Made by a program: the position numbers and the translations under genes
Assembly (NCBI GenBank): GCA_000004985.1
Contig: GG738847.1
DNA: 64,000 nucleotides
Origin: Naegleria gruberi
Lineage: Eukaryota
Reading direction: 5' to 3' (one strand)
Notes under the pieces: generated by a model
The model's input: the letters and a program-made list of their open reading frames with translations, nothing else
The model's database searches: none
Told to the model about the DNA's origin: nothing
Shown here: positions 52,663-63,345 of the stretch, piece after piece
Position numbering within the stretch: the first letter of the stretch is position 1
Layout: every line of letters begins with the position of its first letter

Positions 52663-54061
52663 TTATCTTAATGTTACTGGCAACTGTTGTGGAACTGCTT
52701 CTCTCAACTTGAATTGGATTTCATCAATTTCTTCATTGGTCAAACTTCTTTCCATACTTCTGTACATGATACGATAACATTTGCTTCTCTTTCCAGTCTT
52801 TGGATGAGTGAAATCATCAACAATGCTAACATTTTCAGCCAAATCTCCTGCTAATTCTCTGACAATTTCATAGAAATCATTGTCACTATAGTTGGAGTCA
52901 ACCCACATAGAAATATCCTTATAACATCCAGGGAATTTAGAAATTGGTTTGAATTTGGTATTCAATAATAATTTAGGACTATTCACAATTTCTTGTGAGA
53001 ATTGTGAGAGGAATCTAGCATCTTCACTCCAGAAAAGTCTAATATCAGGAATATCGAACAAAATCATTGCCAATCTTTCCAAACCAACACCGAAAGCATA
53101 ACCAGTATATTCGTTAAGGTCATACTTGGCATTAAGCATAATATCCTTCTTAATTAATCCACAACCCAAAACTTCCAACCATTTTCCACGGAAATCAATT
53201 TCCAATTCAATACCTGGATCCACAAATGGGAAATAATCAGAATTCCAACGCATAGTAACATCTCCAAAGAGAGCTCTAGCTAATCCTTCCAAATCATTCT
53301 TCAATTCTTGAATACAATAATTTTCAAATGCAGCTTGAATTTCTTCCGATGATTTTTGAGAAACATCAATCTTTGTTAGTGCATCGGATTGTTTTCCTGT
53401 TACAAAGTCAACCTTTCCACTATTAACCAATTCAATAAAATCCTTCTTACGGAAAATTTTAACACCATCCATTTGATGGAAAACTGGATAGTGAGTAGCA
53501 TCGACATCATCACGTCTATAAACATCACCAGCAACAAGGAAGTGTTCGTGACCCTTTTGTAAAATTTCAACTTGGTGGGCTGTTGTGTGAGTTCTCAATA
53601 AATGTAAGCTATCATAATAGTATGTATCAGTTGGTTGACGAGAAATGTGATCGGAAGGGAAACACAGGCTTTCAAAGTTTTGAACAGTTGTTACTTTTGG
53701 ATGGAATTCATCGAAAATTTGAACCTTTCCATTATCTAATTTTCAATTCAATAAATTTAATTGTTCCAATAAATCACCTACCTTTGGCTGCCTTTTCAAT
53801 AAAGTGATTTTGAATAATTGTCTTGATAATACACAAAGGATGATTATCCTTTCTATATAAATTTCTTCCGATTTTAGCATGGACAGAAGGAGGTATGTTA
53901 GACTCTTTAATTTGAACATAAATTGGAACTTCCGACAAGGTCTTTTGATTTGTATTAAAATTTCTAAAATTCTTATTGATCATCATCAAGGAAGGTGGAG
54001 TCATCACCTTGCTACTATTCTTAACAAGAAGTGAACGAATGGCTTGAGATTGGCGCAACAT
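52663..54061 (-). CDS. FARS2: Mitochondrial phenylalanyl-tRNA synthetase (FARS2-type monomeric PheRS). Exons are about 53782..54061 and 52663..53735.
   Basis: Exon 1 (presequence-like MLRQSQAIRSLLVKNSSKV..., then HPLCIIKTIIQNHFIEKAAKG) ends at a GTAGGT donor in phase 1. A 46-nt intron leads into exon 2, which carries the class II motifs (NFESLCFPSDHISRQPTDTYY...LLRTHTTAHQVEIL; GYAFGVGLERLAMILFDIPDIRLFW). The track ORF 53774..54145 includes an upstream alternative-TTG extension. Confidence 0.75.
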
Positions 54062-54422
54062 TTTTTTAAAATTGAAAATACGATTTTTGTTATCTTTTTT
54101 GTTGGGATAAAATCTATTTGTTTTATTATTGAATTCAATTAACAATTTTGTAATAATTTATATGATTGATTTGGAAATACTTGCATTGTTTTTCATTCTT
54201 GAAATTTGCTTCTATTTTTCTTTGGGATTAATCAAAAACTCTGTCAGAAAGCCAACAAGTTGTCTGGGTTTGTGTTTAAAGTCTAATTACATTTGATTTG
54301 GATTATATTTTGGCAAAATCCCATAGAAAATCTCTTCCTCCAGAGGTGATAGATAATGCATTCTCTGATTCAGAAATTATCTCTTCTGTGAATGCATTGA
54401 CCAATCCGACCAATTATGTCTC

Positions 54423-55397
54423 TTGATGTTTACATCTCTCAACATTTTCACAAGATTTGCAATTGTTCACAAGTTTGCATTGAGGGCAGTTTTAAAGAAT
54501 GAACATTCTGAGAATCACACAACCGAAAAGAAAATGACAATGCTTTTGAATGAATACATACGAAATGTTGAAACAATCAGACAACAGAAGAATAATAAAG
54601 TAAAGAATTTTGTCTATGACGAATTCATGTCAGATACAACAATGAGAAATTCAGGGAAGGTCTTTTCTTTCAGTTCCAATCCTGATGAGAGTGCTCTCTA
54701 TTCAGTGATGAGAGTTGTCTCTGAGAAATCCTCGATGGGAATTGATGAAATGAAACGTAGGTTCTTAAATCCAATTATTCGTCTAAATTTGTTTGAAATT
54801 GAATATTTATTATGAACAGATTTATTACAAATATTTAAGAATGCAAGTTCAGATAAAACAGCTGATGGTCTAATGGACAAAACAAGTTTTTACAATTTCA
54901 TTGATACTTTTGGAATAACATGCTATGTGAAGGAACAATTGTTTAGAGTGTTTGACCAAAACAGAGATGGTTATCTTGATTTGCAGGATTTCTCAATTGG
55001 TTTGAGTATTTATATGAATGGTAAATTTGAAGAAAAGCTAAAATGTAAGTTTACAATATTTGTAATACTCAATTGTGTCTGTTCTCAGTAATTTTCCAAC
55101 TGTTAGATGTTGACAGGAGTTGTAATATTCAAAGAGAAGAAGTTAAAAAAGCATTACGAGTTGTTTTTTCAGCAGGCAAACATAAAATCTCAGATAAGGA
55201 GTGTAAGTCTTATTTATATCATTTTGATTGAAACTAAACTGATGAATCTAGTGGAATGTAAAGTTGAAGCAACCATGAGAACGTGTGATGTTAACGGGGA
55301 TGGTTCAATAGATTTCTTTGAATTTAAATCTGAATTTCAGAAATCCCCACACATGGTCAAACTTTTCAACTATATTTTTGTAAATACTCTTCATTAA
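54423..55397 (+). CDS. EF-hand calcium-binding protein (calcineurin-B/NCS-like) with four exons: about 54423..54756, 54820..55044, 55089 (or 55110)..55202 and 55252..55397.
   Basis: Three EF-hand loops are present (DQNRDGYLDLQDF; DVDRSCNIQREEV; DVNGDGSIDFFEF). The GTAGGT/GTAAGT...AG introns of 45-63 nt restore a single frame across ORFs 54423.., 54873..55091 and 55107..55397. The first exon and the true ATG are uncertain. Confidence 0.55.
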
Positions 55398-55491
55398 ATT
55401 ATTGTAAATATTGTAAATAATTCAATCATAGGATTCAAGATATATCGGAATTAAAATTGATTGACCAAATTTGATTCTTCAATCAAAAAAA

Positions 55492-56037
55492 ATGGAATCA
55501 CAAAACAACTCGTCATCTTCCTCACTCAAACAACCAACTCCTTCAAATCGGAATGAATCAAGAGAATCAAAAAGAAGAATAGAATTTGAATCAGCTGAGG
55601 ATATTAGCAATTTCTATCTGAAAAAGACAGCTTTTCAATTGAATGATATTTTGAAATGTGTGGAAGATACTCACTCCCGATATGAATGCAAAGAACAAAT
55701 CCAAGCTCTCTCAATGAATTTGTATAACTATCGATCAGAAGTGAGCAAATTTGTTGAGAAATCATCACTGCTTACCAATCCGAATAATTTACTCTTTCCA
55801 CCTCAAATATTTTCACCTCCAACAATTGTATATAGAGAATATAAAGGCGATTCCAATAGTCCTGAATCCATTCATACAAGATTTAAATCATTTAGTGACA
55901 ATCGTACTATGAATAATTCAGCTTATAATCCTCATGATGAAAATACACCTTTGAATATGTTTCAATCAGTTGCTGATGGTGTAATCAGAGTTGGAAGTTC
56001 ACTGATTAGAAAAATTATTGGAAGAGGTGAGGATTGA
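55492..56037 (+). CDS. Hypothetical protein of about 181 aa.
   Basis: ATG in AAAAAAAATG context. The sequence is Ser/Asn-rich with a predicted helical segment (FYLKKTAFQLNDILKCVEDTHSRYECKEQIQALSMNLYNYRSEVSKFVEK). No family was recognised. Confidence 0.35.
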   Translation: MESQNNSSSSSLKQPTPSNRNESRESKRRIEFESAEDISNFYLKKTAFQLNDILKCVEDTHSRYECKEQIQALSMNLYNYRSEVSKFVEKSSLLTNPNNLLFPPQIFSPPTIVYREYKGDSNSPESIHTRFKSFSDNRTMNNSAYNPHDENTPLNMFQSVADGVIRVGSSLIRKIIGRGED

Positions 56038-56318
56038 TTTTTTAGCTCTCTGCTTAATTGTCTCACCTCCATCATTTTCAATACTGATGTAATTTTATAA
56101 ATATTAATAAAGCATCACATCAACATTTTGAAATAATTGATTTAGAAGAATGGGTTTATTGAGGTCGGGTTCATCACAAGATTTGTTTAATAATATGAAC
56201 AACAAAAATTCTTACTTGCTCTAACTTCTTTGTGTGACACAAACAAAAACGGAACCAATCTAAAAATAAATAATATTTAAATCTGATTACGAGTTCAAAG
56301 AATACTTTAATTAAAAAA

Positions 56319-57609
56319 ATGCAAATCACCTTCAAGACAGTCCTCAAGAGACAATTTACTCTCGAAGCAAATCCAACAGATACGGTACGTGTTATTTGAT
56401 GAAGGCTTTGAGATTAGACTAACAACATTGTATTTTCTTTTTAATCCATCATCTCTACACCAATATCATTTGTTATACATTATATTTTGAACCAATCAAT
56501 ATCTAAACAATAATTAGATCAAAGTATTGAAACAATCTGTTGAAGATGCCACAGAATACAGTTCTAATGGAATGAAATTAATTTATGGAGGAAAGGAATT
56601 AGCTGATGAACAATCCATTGAATCAGCCAATATTCAATCCAATGTTGCTGTCATTGTCGTTGCCAAGAAGAAGCAACTTGCTGCTCAAGTTAAGAAGAAG
56701 GAAGAAGAAACAACACCACAACCAACCACTACTGAACAACCAAGTTCCGAATCTACTCCAGCCACTACTACTACCACTACTCCTTCAACAACTACTCCAG
56801 TCACTACAACCACTACTACTCCTTCCACCACTCCTACTACTGCTACAACAACAACTACAACAACAGAACAACAAAATATCCCAGGTGGTCCTGGATCTCC
56901 GGAATATGATGAAACAGTGCAACAATTTTTGGAAATGGGCTATGATAGAAATGATATTGATGAGTGTATGAAGGCTTCATTCTATGATAGAGCTACTGCT
57001 GCTGAATTCCTCATTTCTGGTATTCCTGAAAATGTCAAGCAAATGATGCAAGAAAATGGTGGTAATTTACCTACTCCACCACAAGGAGGTAGTCTTGCCT
57101 CTGCTCTTGCTGGAAATCAACAAGGATTCAGCTTGCGTGATTTGTTCACCCTTTCACCACAACTTAACAATTTGAGAAATGCTATCAGACAAAATCCAAC
57201 TTTGTTACGTGAATTCTTGACACACGTATCACAAGTTAGTCCGGAATTGTACCAAATCATTCAATCTAATCCTCGTGAATTTTTGGAAATTATTAATGAA
57301 ACTGGTCCAGTTACTGGAACTACTGGAACTCAACCACAAACTACTCCAACTACTACTACTGGAGGTGAACATCCACCATCTGGTGAGGAACTTCAACAAC
57401 AAGCACCACCAGGAACAATTTTCATTTCTCAAGATGATGAACGAAAGATTAACGAACTTGTTGGTTTAGGATTTACAAAGAATGAAGCCATTCAAGCCTA
57501 TTTGGCCTGTGATAAGAATCAAGAAATGGCTGCTAACTTGCTCTTTGAAAATCGTGATCGTGGTTTTGAGGATGACAGTGATGATGAGCAAGGAATGCAC
57601 GATGAATAA
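56319..57609 (+). CDS. RAD23: Rad23 (UV excision repair/proteasome shuttle), with UBL, UBA1, XPC-binding and UBA2 domains. Exons are 56319..56384 and 56518..57609.
   Basis: Exon 1 MQITFKTVLKRQFTLEANPTDT (UBL start) is followed by a GTACGT donor and a 133-nt intron. Exon 2 continues IKVLKQSVEDATEYSSNGMKLIYGGKEL. UBA1 is YDETVQQFLEMGYDRNDIDECMKAS, the XPC-binding region is LRNAIRQNPTLLREFLTHVSQVSPELYQIIQSNPREFLEIINE, and UBA2 is DERKINELVGLGFTKNEAIQAYLACDKNQEMAANLLF. The linkers are poly-Thr. Confidence 0.85.
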
Positions 57610-57630
57610 ATTTTCTCTATAACTTGTATT

Positions 57631-58941
57631 TTATTTAACAATGACCATTTCAATATTTTCAGCAGACCGTATTTTAACTTTCTTTTTTTTTGATCCTACA
57701 GAGAGGAAATCTTCATCTGATTTCTTATTGACTTGCAATTTAACTTGGCTTCTTTTCTTTTGTTCTTGCCATTTGAGGTGAGGTTTGGATTGGGCTGAAA
57801 CTTCTTTGTCGTCTGGTGTTAGCACTGTAATTTGAACTCCTGAATCATTTTTTTCTTCTGGAGCTATGGGTTTTCTCCTCTTTTTCTTATTCGAAAGAGG
57901 ATTTAATACTAGGAGATTGTTATCTGCAGCAGGCAACGCTTGTTGTTGATTATTTGGATTTTTTTGTACAAGGGTGGATGTTGAGGATTCAGATTCTAAC
58001 AATTTGCTATTAATTTCTTGTCTGTGGTTAGTTCCATTAATAACAACGTTTGAGGTTGTCAAAGTGGGTTGTTGACTTACTTTAGATTCTTCTCTTCTAT
58101 TGGAAGATGATGATGAATTGTCAAATTTAGAGAACTCTAAGTTGGTTCGACTCTTAGACCTACCACTCTCTCCACTATCAGCTTGATTGAGTCCAGTTCT
58201 TGAGCTAGATCTGTTCATTGAAGATGATTGATCAAGACCATTACGAGAGCTTGAACGGTTCATTCCATTGGACTTTCTTTTCGATTCTTCTTTCGAAGCC
58301 TTCGCCTTTTTCATTTGATCCTTAATGATTGAATCCTTATCATCCCTAGGCCCCTTTCTCGTTGATGATGCAACTTTCATTTTGGCTGCAGGCATTCTAT
58401 GTAGAATTTCCTCGTGAGACTTTCCCAATGAGGAGCTCATCAAGATTTGTTTGTAAGCATCTTCTATACTCAAACCGTCCGTAGTTATACTGGCTGGTTT
58501 TTCAATTCCAACTGGAATGTCCAATTGTTTTATACTTGTGGCTGGGACAAGCTCTGATTTTGCCCTTCTTCGACTGATTCGACTATTCATGGAACTCATC
58601 GAGCATGTTTCATCATCTTGATTAGGTTGATCATCATCGTGTGCCAGGGAATGATTACTCCTCAGCTCATCTTCCAATTGTTTAATAGTTGAATCTAGGT
58701 GTTGACTATATCTTCGAGCAGAGAGTCTGAGAGAGGTTGGTGGGCCGTTTTCATCCTTCGGTGTCTCTTCTTGTTTCTTACTTGATGTTGCTGCACTATT
58801 CTTCTTCTTTGATGATGATTTGCTTAATTGTTTGGGCTCAGAGGCAGAGCGTCCTTTTCTGCCATGATCGTAGGAATCTGATAATGACATGGGATTATCA
58901 TCATGGGATGCTTTTTGAGAACGAGAAATAATTCCTCCCAT
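57631..58941 (-). CDS. Hypothetical Ser/Lys-rich disordered protein of 436 aa with an N-terminal myristoylation consensus (MGGIISRS).
   Basis: Single ORF starting MGGIISRSQK (G2, S6). The sequence is highly basic and Ser-rich throughout. It is convergent with Rad23, with 21 bp between the stop codons. Confidence 0.45.
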   Translation of the reverse strand: MGGIISRSQKASHDDNPMSLSDSYDHGRKGRSASEPKQLSKSSSKKKNSAATSSKKQEETPKDENGPPTSLRLSARRYSQHLDSTIKQLEDELRSNHSLAHDDDQPNQDDETCSMSSMNSRISRRRAKSELVPATSIKQLDIPVGIEKPASITTDGLSIEDAYKQILMSSSLGKSHEEILHRMPAAKMKVASSTRKGPRDDKDSIIKDQMKKAKASKEESKRKSNGMNRSSSRNGLDQSSSMNRSSSRTGLNQADSGESGRSKSRTNLEFSKFDNSSSSSNRREESKVSQQPTLTTSNVVINGTNHRQEINSKLLESESSTSTLVQKNPNNQQQALPAADNNLLVLNPLSNKKKRRKPIAPEEKNDSGVQITVLTPDDKEVSAQSKPHLKWQEQKKRSQVKLQVNKKSDEDFLSVGSKKKKVKIRSAENIEMVIVK

Positions 58942-59631
58942 GATTGGTTGTTAGTTTTGTGGTGATGGGGTGTGCTTATTTGTTGTTGGAATAAGATGGA
59001 TTATTTAAATAATTTAGGGAAGGGTGATGATGATGTTATTATTGCTGTTGTGATTAATTATTGAGGCTCCTGCATACGACGAAATCGCTCATGTAGCAAA
59101 TAATTTGATGGTGGTGCTGATAGCAATTCTCAGGGGGTGTGTGGTTGTTATCTGTCTATTGCGTTCTTCACTATATCCAATTACCGTAGATTCTTTCTCT
59201 GGAGAGAATGAGAAGTTACCTGTAGGTCCTTTTTATTCAAAAACTGGTTCGTCATGTTCTGTCAAACTGTTCACAATGAGGTTTTCTCTCTCCCATGTAT
59301 TTGTTTGATGAGAGAGATACTGGTGTACTATCGGCTTATGTAACGACTGCTATCTTGATTGATTGTGTTGTTGTAGATCAGACCAAATAAAGTTGTTAAA
59401 GGATCTCTTGATCACCTTATTAGTGAGATAAGGAGGATACGCATTTGGGGTCAGAATCAAAGAGCTTTTGAATGGTAAATCAAAAGGATCATTATTGGAA
59501 ATAATTAAGGTCAAACTCAGATCGCCAATTCATCTTATATTGGTACAATACCATCAAATAATAAATTATTCAAATCATTGATGATTGTGTTGATTTATTA
59601 TTAGAACTTTCAAATTAAGATTTTAAAAACA

Positions 59632-59985
59632 ATGAAAAAAACAGCATCAAATCGATCTTCTCATAATAATAGCAGAAGAGAACTATTTCAGGGAGTGGAA
59701 AACTATGAATCGGAAATTGCTCTCCATCGTGACCAACAGGATGAAACCACCAAAATGAAGTTGGATTTAAATAAGGGCCTTGATGAAGCATTGTCTAAAT
59801 TGGATTTAATGAGGGAATTGGTTGTCGACATGAAGGAGGATCTTAATGAACAAGAGAAACAAATTGAGGAGGCAGAACGAGAAGTACATATGAATGTGGA
59901 AAAAGTGGCTAAAGCAAACAAACAAGTGGAGAAGGAAACAAGTGGTACCTGGTTTACATCATGGCTTAATAAATTCTTTGAATAA
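59632..59985 (+). CDS. Small coiled-coil protein of 117 aa.
   Basis: ATG in AACAATG context. It has a heptad-rich central segment (KMKLDLNKGLDEALSKLDLMRELVVDMKEDLNEQEKQIEEAEREVHMNVEKVAKANKQVEKE). There is no TM helix and no family was recognised. Confidence 0.35.
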   Translation: MKKTASNRSSHNNSRRELFQGVENYESEIALHRDQQDETTKMKLDLNKGLDEALSKLDLMRELVVDMKEDLNEQEKQIEEAEREVHMNVEKVAKANKQVEKETSGTWFTSWLNKFFE

Positions 59986-59999
59986 ATTGTAAATATTTA

Positions 60000-61397
60000 T
60001 TACATTCTACGCTTATTTGAACTGGATCCAGCTTGAGTACTAAAATTAAAACCAGTACCAGTATTTGCCGTATTGGTGGTTGGTGTTCCAAATGCAAAAC
60101 CTGTGGTGGTTGTTCCTGTTGTGGCAGTATTGGTGAGTCCAAATCCTGTATTTGTTGTTCCCAAGTTAAATCCACTTGTATTAGTGGTAGGTTGAGTTGT
60201 GGTAGAGGTGGTTGGTTGAGTTGTTGGAATATTGAGACCAGGCAGAGAGGAAGAATTCGAAAGTTTTGAATAATTATAAGATGGTTTGGATGTCTTGGAT
60301 GGTTCTTTGAAAGGATCACCTCTAATTTGATAGGTACGAATATATTCATCTCTCAACTCATTAGCCTTTTCATGCAACACAGATAACCTAGCAGCAGCAT
60401 TGAAAAAAGCTTGTTGTTGTGAAACAATTGTTCCTTGAAGTAATTGACCAAATGGTAATTGATAAGCCTCACTGTGTGAAAGAGTTTGAGCGACATCTTC
60501 AATTTGCTTCCAAATTTCTTGCATTCTTTGTTCCAATTTTTGAGCTGTATTGATGAAATAGGTCGATGAATAGTTTGGATCAGTGTTGGTGTAGGCTGAT
60601 CTGAGCTTGTTAAAATTATTTTGAGCTTGTTCTGCATTCTTTGATTCGACCAATACATCATGTTTAATTCTTTCCACATTATCCTTTGCTCGTGTGATAT
60701 TTACTTTAGATGTATTAATTTTCTTTTCAACTCTTTCAATTTGTCTCTTTAACTTGTTCAAATCGCTCGAATTTTCTTGTTGTTTAACAATATCCATAGC
60801 ATTTCTTTTAGTTTCGGTCTTTTCCTTTTCAAATTGTTCCCATTGTTTTTTCATTTGGTCTGGAAGTTTTTGGAATTGTGTTTTTGGAGTGATTGGTTGT
60901 TGTGGTGTGACTGTAGCATTTGTTGTAGTATTATTATTTGTGGTGGTGAGATTGGTAGTATTTGTTGTTGGGGCTGTTGATCCTCCAAAATTAAATCCAG
61001 TTGTAGGAGCTGTTGTTGTGGTATTAGTTGTTGTTCCTGTGGCACCAGTAGTTGTAGGGGCTGTTGTTGTACCACCAAAATTAAAACCTGCTCCTGTTGT
61101 TGGCTGTGTTGTGGTGGTTCCTCCAGTAGTAGAAGGGGTTCCGAATGAAAATCCTCCAGTTCCACCAGTTGTTGTTGTGGCTGTAGTCCCTGTTGTTGTA
61201 GGGTTTGTTGTACCACCAAAATTAAATCCACCAGTAGTTCCACCAGTTGTTGTTGTGGCTGGTTGTGTAGTATTTGCTCCAAAAGAAAATCCTCCTCCTC
61301 CTCCTGTGGTGCCACCAGTAGTTGTTGCAGTTGTTGTTGAAGCAGGTTGTGTAGTTGCACCACCACCTCCACCAAAATTAAAGGTAAAACCTGACAT
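60000..61397 (-). CDS. FG-repeat nucleoporin of the central channel, Nup58/Nup62-like. FG/GFNFG repeats are at both ends and a coiled-coil is in the middle, about 465 aa.
   Basis: The N-terminus MSGFTFNFGGGGG...FSFGANTTQP...GFNFGGTT...GFSFGTPST has Thr/Gly-rich FG repeats. A central helical/coiled-coil domain of about 200 aa follows. The C-terminus has GFNLGTTNTGFGLTN...GFAFGTPTTNTANTGTGFNFS. The ATG at 61397 follows AAAAAAA. Confidence 0.6.
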   Translation of the reverse strand: MSGFTFNFGGGGGATTQPASTTTATTTGGTTGGGGGFSFGANTTQPATTTTGGTTGGFNFGGTTNPTTTGTTATTTTGGTGGFSFGTPSTTGGTTTTQPTTGAGFNFGGTTTAPTTTGATGTTTNTTTTAPTTGFNFGGSTAPTTNTTNLTTTNNNTTTNATVTPQQPITPKTQFQKLPDQMKKQWEQFEKEKTETKRNAMDIVKQQENSSDLNKLKRQIERVEKKINTSKVNITRAKDNVERIKHDVLVESKNAEQAQNNFNKLRSAYTNTDPNYSSTYFINTAQKLEQRMQEIWKQIEDVAQTLSHSEAYQLPFGQLLQGTIVSQQQAFFNAAARLSVLHEKANELRDEYIRTYQIRGDPFKEPSKTSKPSYNYSKLSNSSSLPGLNIPTTQPTTSTTTQPTTNTSGFNLGTTNTGFGLTNTATTGTTTTGFAFGTPTTNTANTGTGFNFSTQAGSSSNKRRM

Positions 61398-61600
61398 TTT
61401 TTTTGATTCGACTAATTGAAATTCTCGTGGAGGGAATTTTATCAAAATTAAAAGGGAGTGTACTCACTGATAATAAGTGTTGTTCCTGTATCATTCCTTG
61501 ATGTGATGATAGATTGCTAATTATTAACTATTAAAAATTATTATTGCAAAGAAAAGTAGAATTAAATTTTGATTTTGAAGAAAATAAATTTAGAAAAAAA

Positions 61601-62774
61601 ATGTTAGAAGAAAAGAATTCATGTTGCTCGGAGGAAGATTGTGCCGAATGCAGGGAGGAGGATGAAGAGGAAAATATTGAACCTTATTTATTGATGGATG
61701 AAGTGAATCAATGTTCTATTTCAAATTGGTATTATTTATATGATGGAAAGACAAATCCACAAATTACACCAAAGAGAATTACAATTCTTTCGAAATTAAT
61801 TTATTTAAATGATGATTTTATTGAATATTTGAAACATGATGGTGTGGTGTTACCGGAATCGATTGATAACATTCAAAAAGTTCCAAATTTTGACAGTGAC
61901 AGCGATGAAGAGGAGGAGAAGTATAAGGAAGTACAAGAAAAGAATGAACAAGATTCGGATGAGGATGATTATCAAGTTCCTGAATTTACGTCTTTACAAA
62001 TGGAAATTGCAAGTGCAATTGAGGAGTATGAAGAAGTTTTCCCTAAAATGAATTGGAGCGCACCAAAAGATGCTCAATGGATGCTCAGTGATTCCAAATT
62101 ACTGAGATGTCAAACAGTTTCTGATGTTTTCCTCGTTTTGAAGAGTTCTTCTTTCGTTACACATGACGTTCAGCAAGCTTACAACAATTGCACTGATTAC
62201 ACCCCTGAAAAGGAGGTCAGAAGAGTATTGGCTTTGAGAAAATGGTATGATGTTAATCCTTCCATGGAATTCAGATGTTTTGTAAAGAATAGAAATTTGA
62301 TTGGTATTTCACAGAGAGATATTTCAAACTTTTACAGCTTCTTGGTTTCAGACAAGGATATGTATAGAGAAAAATTAGTTGGATTTTGGGAAAAGTTTAT
62401 CAAGAATTCATTCCCACTTGAGAATTGTAAGTTACATTATTCGAATATCATTATTAGAATATGCTGCTGATTGAATAATATATTTAACAGATACTGTTGA
62501 TTTATATATTAGTAGAACTGGACCAGTTTTCATTGTCGATTTCAATGTTTATGGCCCTCCAACTAGTCCACTTTTATTTGCCTCTTTCAAGAAGGGTCAT
62601 TTGGCTTCTGATTCTACTGAATTAGAATTTAGAATTATTGAAACAGATGCAGGTGTAATGAGACCTAGTTTCAAGATGTACACTGGTGTTCCAATGGATT
62701 TCTTCTCTGTCGAAAATGCTCAATCCATGCAAGACTTTATTGAAAAGCAACAAAAGTTCCAATCAAACGAATAA
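61601..62774 (+). CDS. CDC123: CDC123 (D123 family, eIF2 assembly factor). There are at least two exons, about 61601..62438 and 62519..62774.
   Basis: The D123 motifs are present (ISNWYYLYDGKT...; FPKMNWSAPKDAQWML...LLRCQTVSDVFLVLKSSSFVTHDV; RRVLALRKWYDVNPSMEFRCFVKNRNLIGISQRD). The downstream exon GPVFIVDFNVYGPPTSPLLFASFKK... lies after a 45-80-nt intron. The exact donor is ambiguous (GTAAGT at about 62437, or a weaker GTTACA). Confidence 0.65.
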
Positions 62775-62859
62775 ATTTCTACGTTTTCATCGACAACTCA
62801 GATGAGCCAATACGTGTTTTCATCAATTATTACAATTAATTTTTTGATTGTTAAAAAAA

Positions 62860-63276
62860 ATGTCTGAAAACGTTGCTTCACTGTTGGAAAAACTTGTTCA
62901 AAAAGAAGCTGAACAAAAACAAAGAATCAGCAACCTCCGACAAGAATTGGATGATTTGGCGGATACTGAAAAAAACTCTACTAAAATCAAATACTTGCAA
63001 TCACAAATAGAAAAGTGTGAGGAAAAAATTAAGAATTTAAATGTGGATATTTCGAAATATAGATGGGAAAATGCCAAGACTGGTATTTTCAGTCTGGTTG
63101 CACTTTTGGCAATTGTTTTATTGGTTTTAGTGATGGGAGATCAATTAGGTTATTTCTCTTTACCAAAACTTATTGAATCATTATTTGAAACTAAGGAAGT
63201 TGATGTTAATGATCAAATTAGAGAAATGATGAGACAACAAAGAGAGGAATTCGAATATGGAATGAAGAATTATTAA
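62860..63276 (+). CDS. Small coiled-coil protein with one transmembrane helix, 139 aa.
   Basis: ATG in AAAAAAAATG context. An N-terminal coiled coil is followed by a TM segment (IFSLVALLAIVLLVLVM). No family was recognised. Confidence 0.4.
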   Translation: MSENVASLLEKLVQKEAEQKQRISNLRQELDDLADTEKNSTKIKYLQSQIEKCEEKIKNLNVDISKYRWENAKTGIFSLVALLAIVLLVLVMGDQLGYFSLPKLIESLFETKEVDVNDQIREMMRQQREEFEYGMKNY

Positions 63277-63345
63277 TAATTGAATTTATTTACCAAAATT
63301 TTGAAAAACTATGAGCAAGGAAATTGTAAATATATAAACTCGAAA

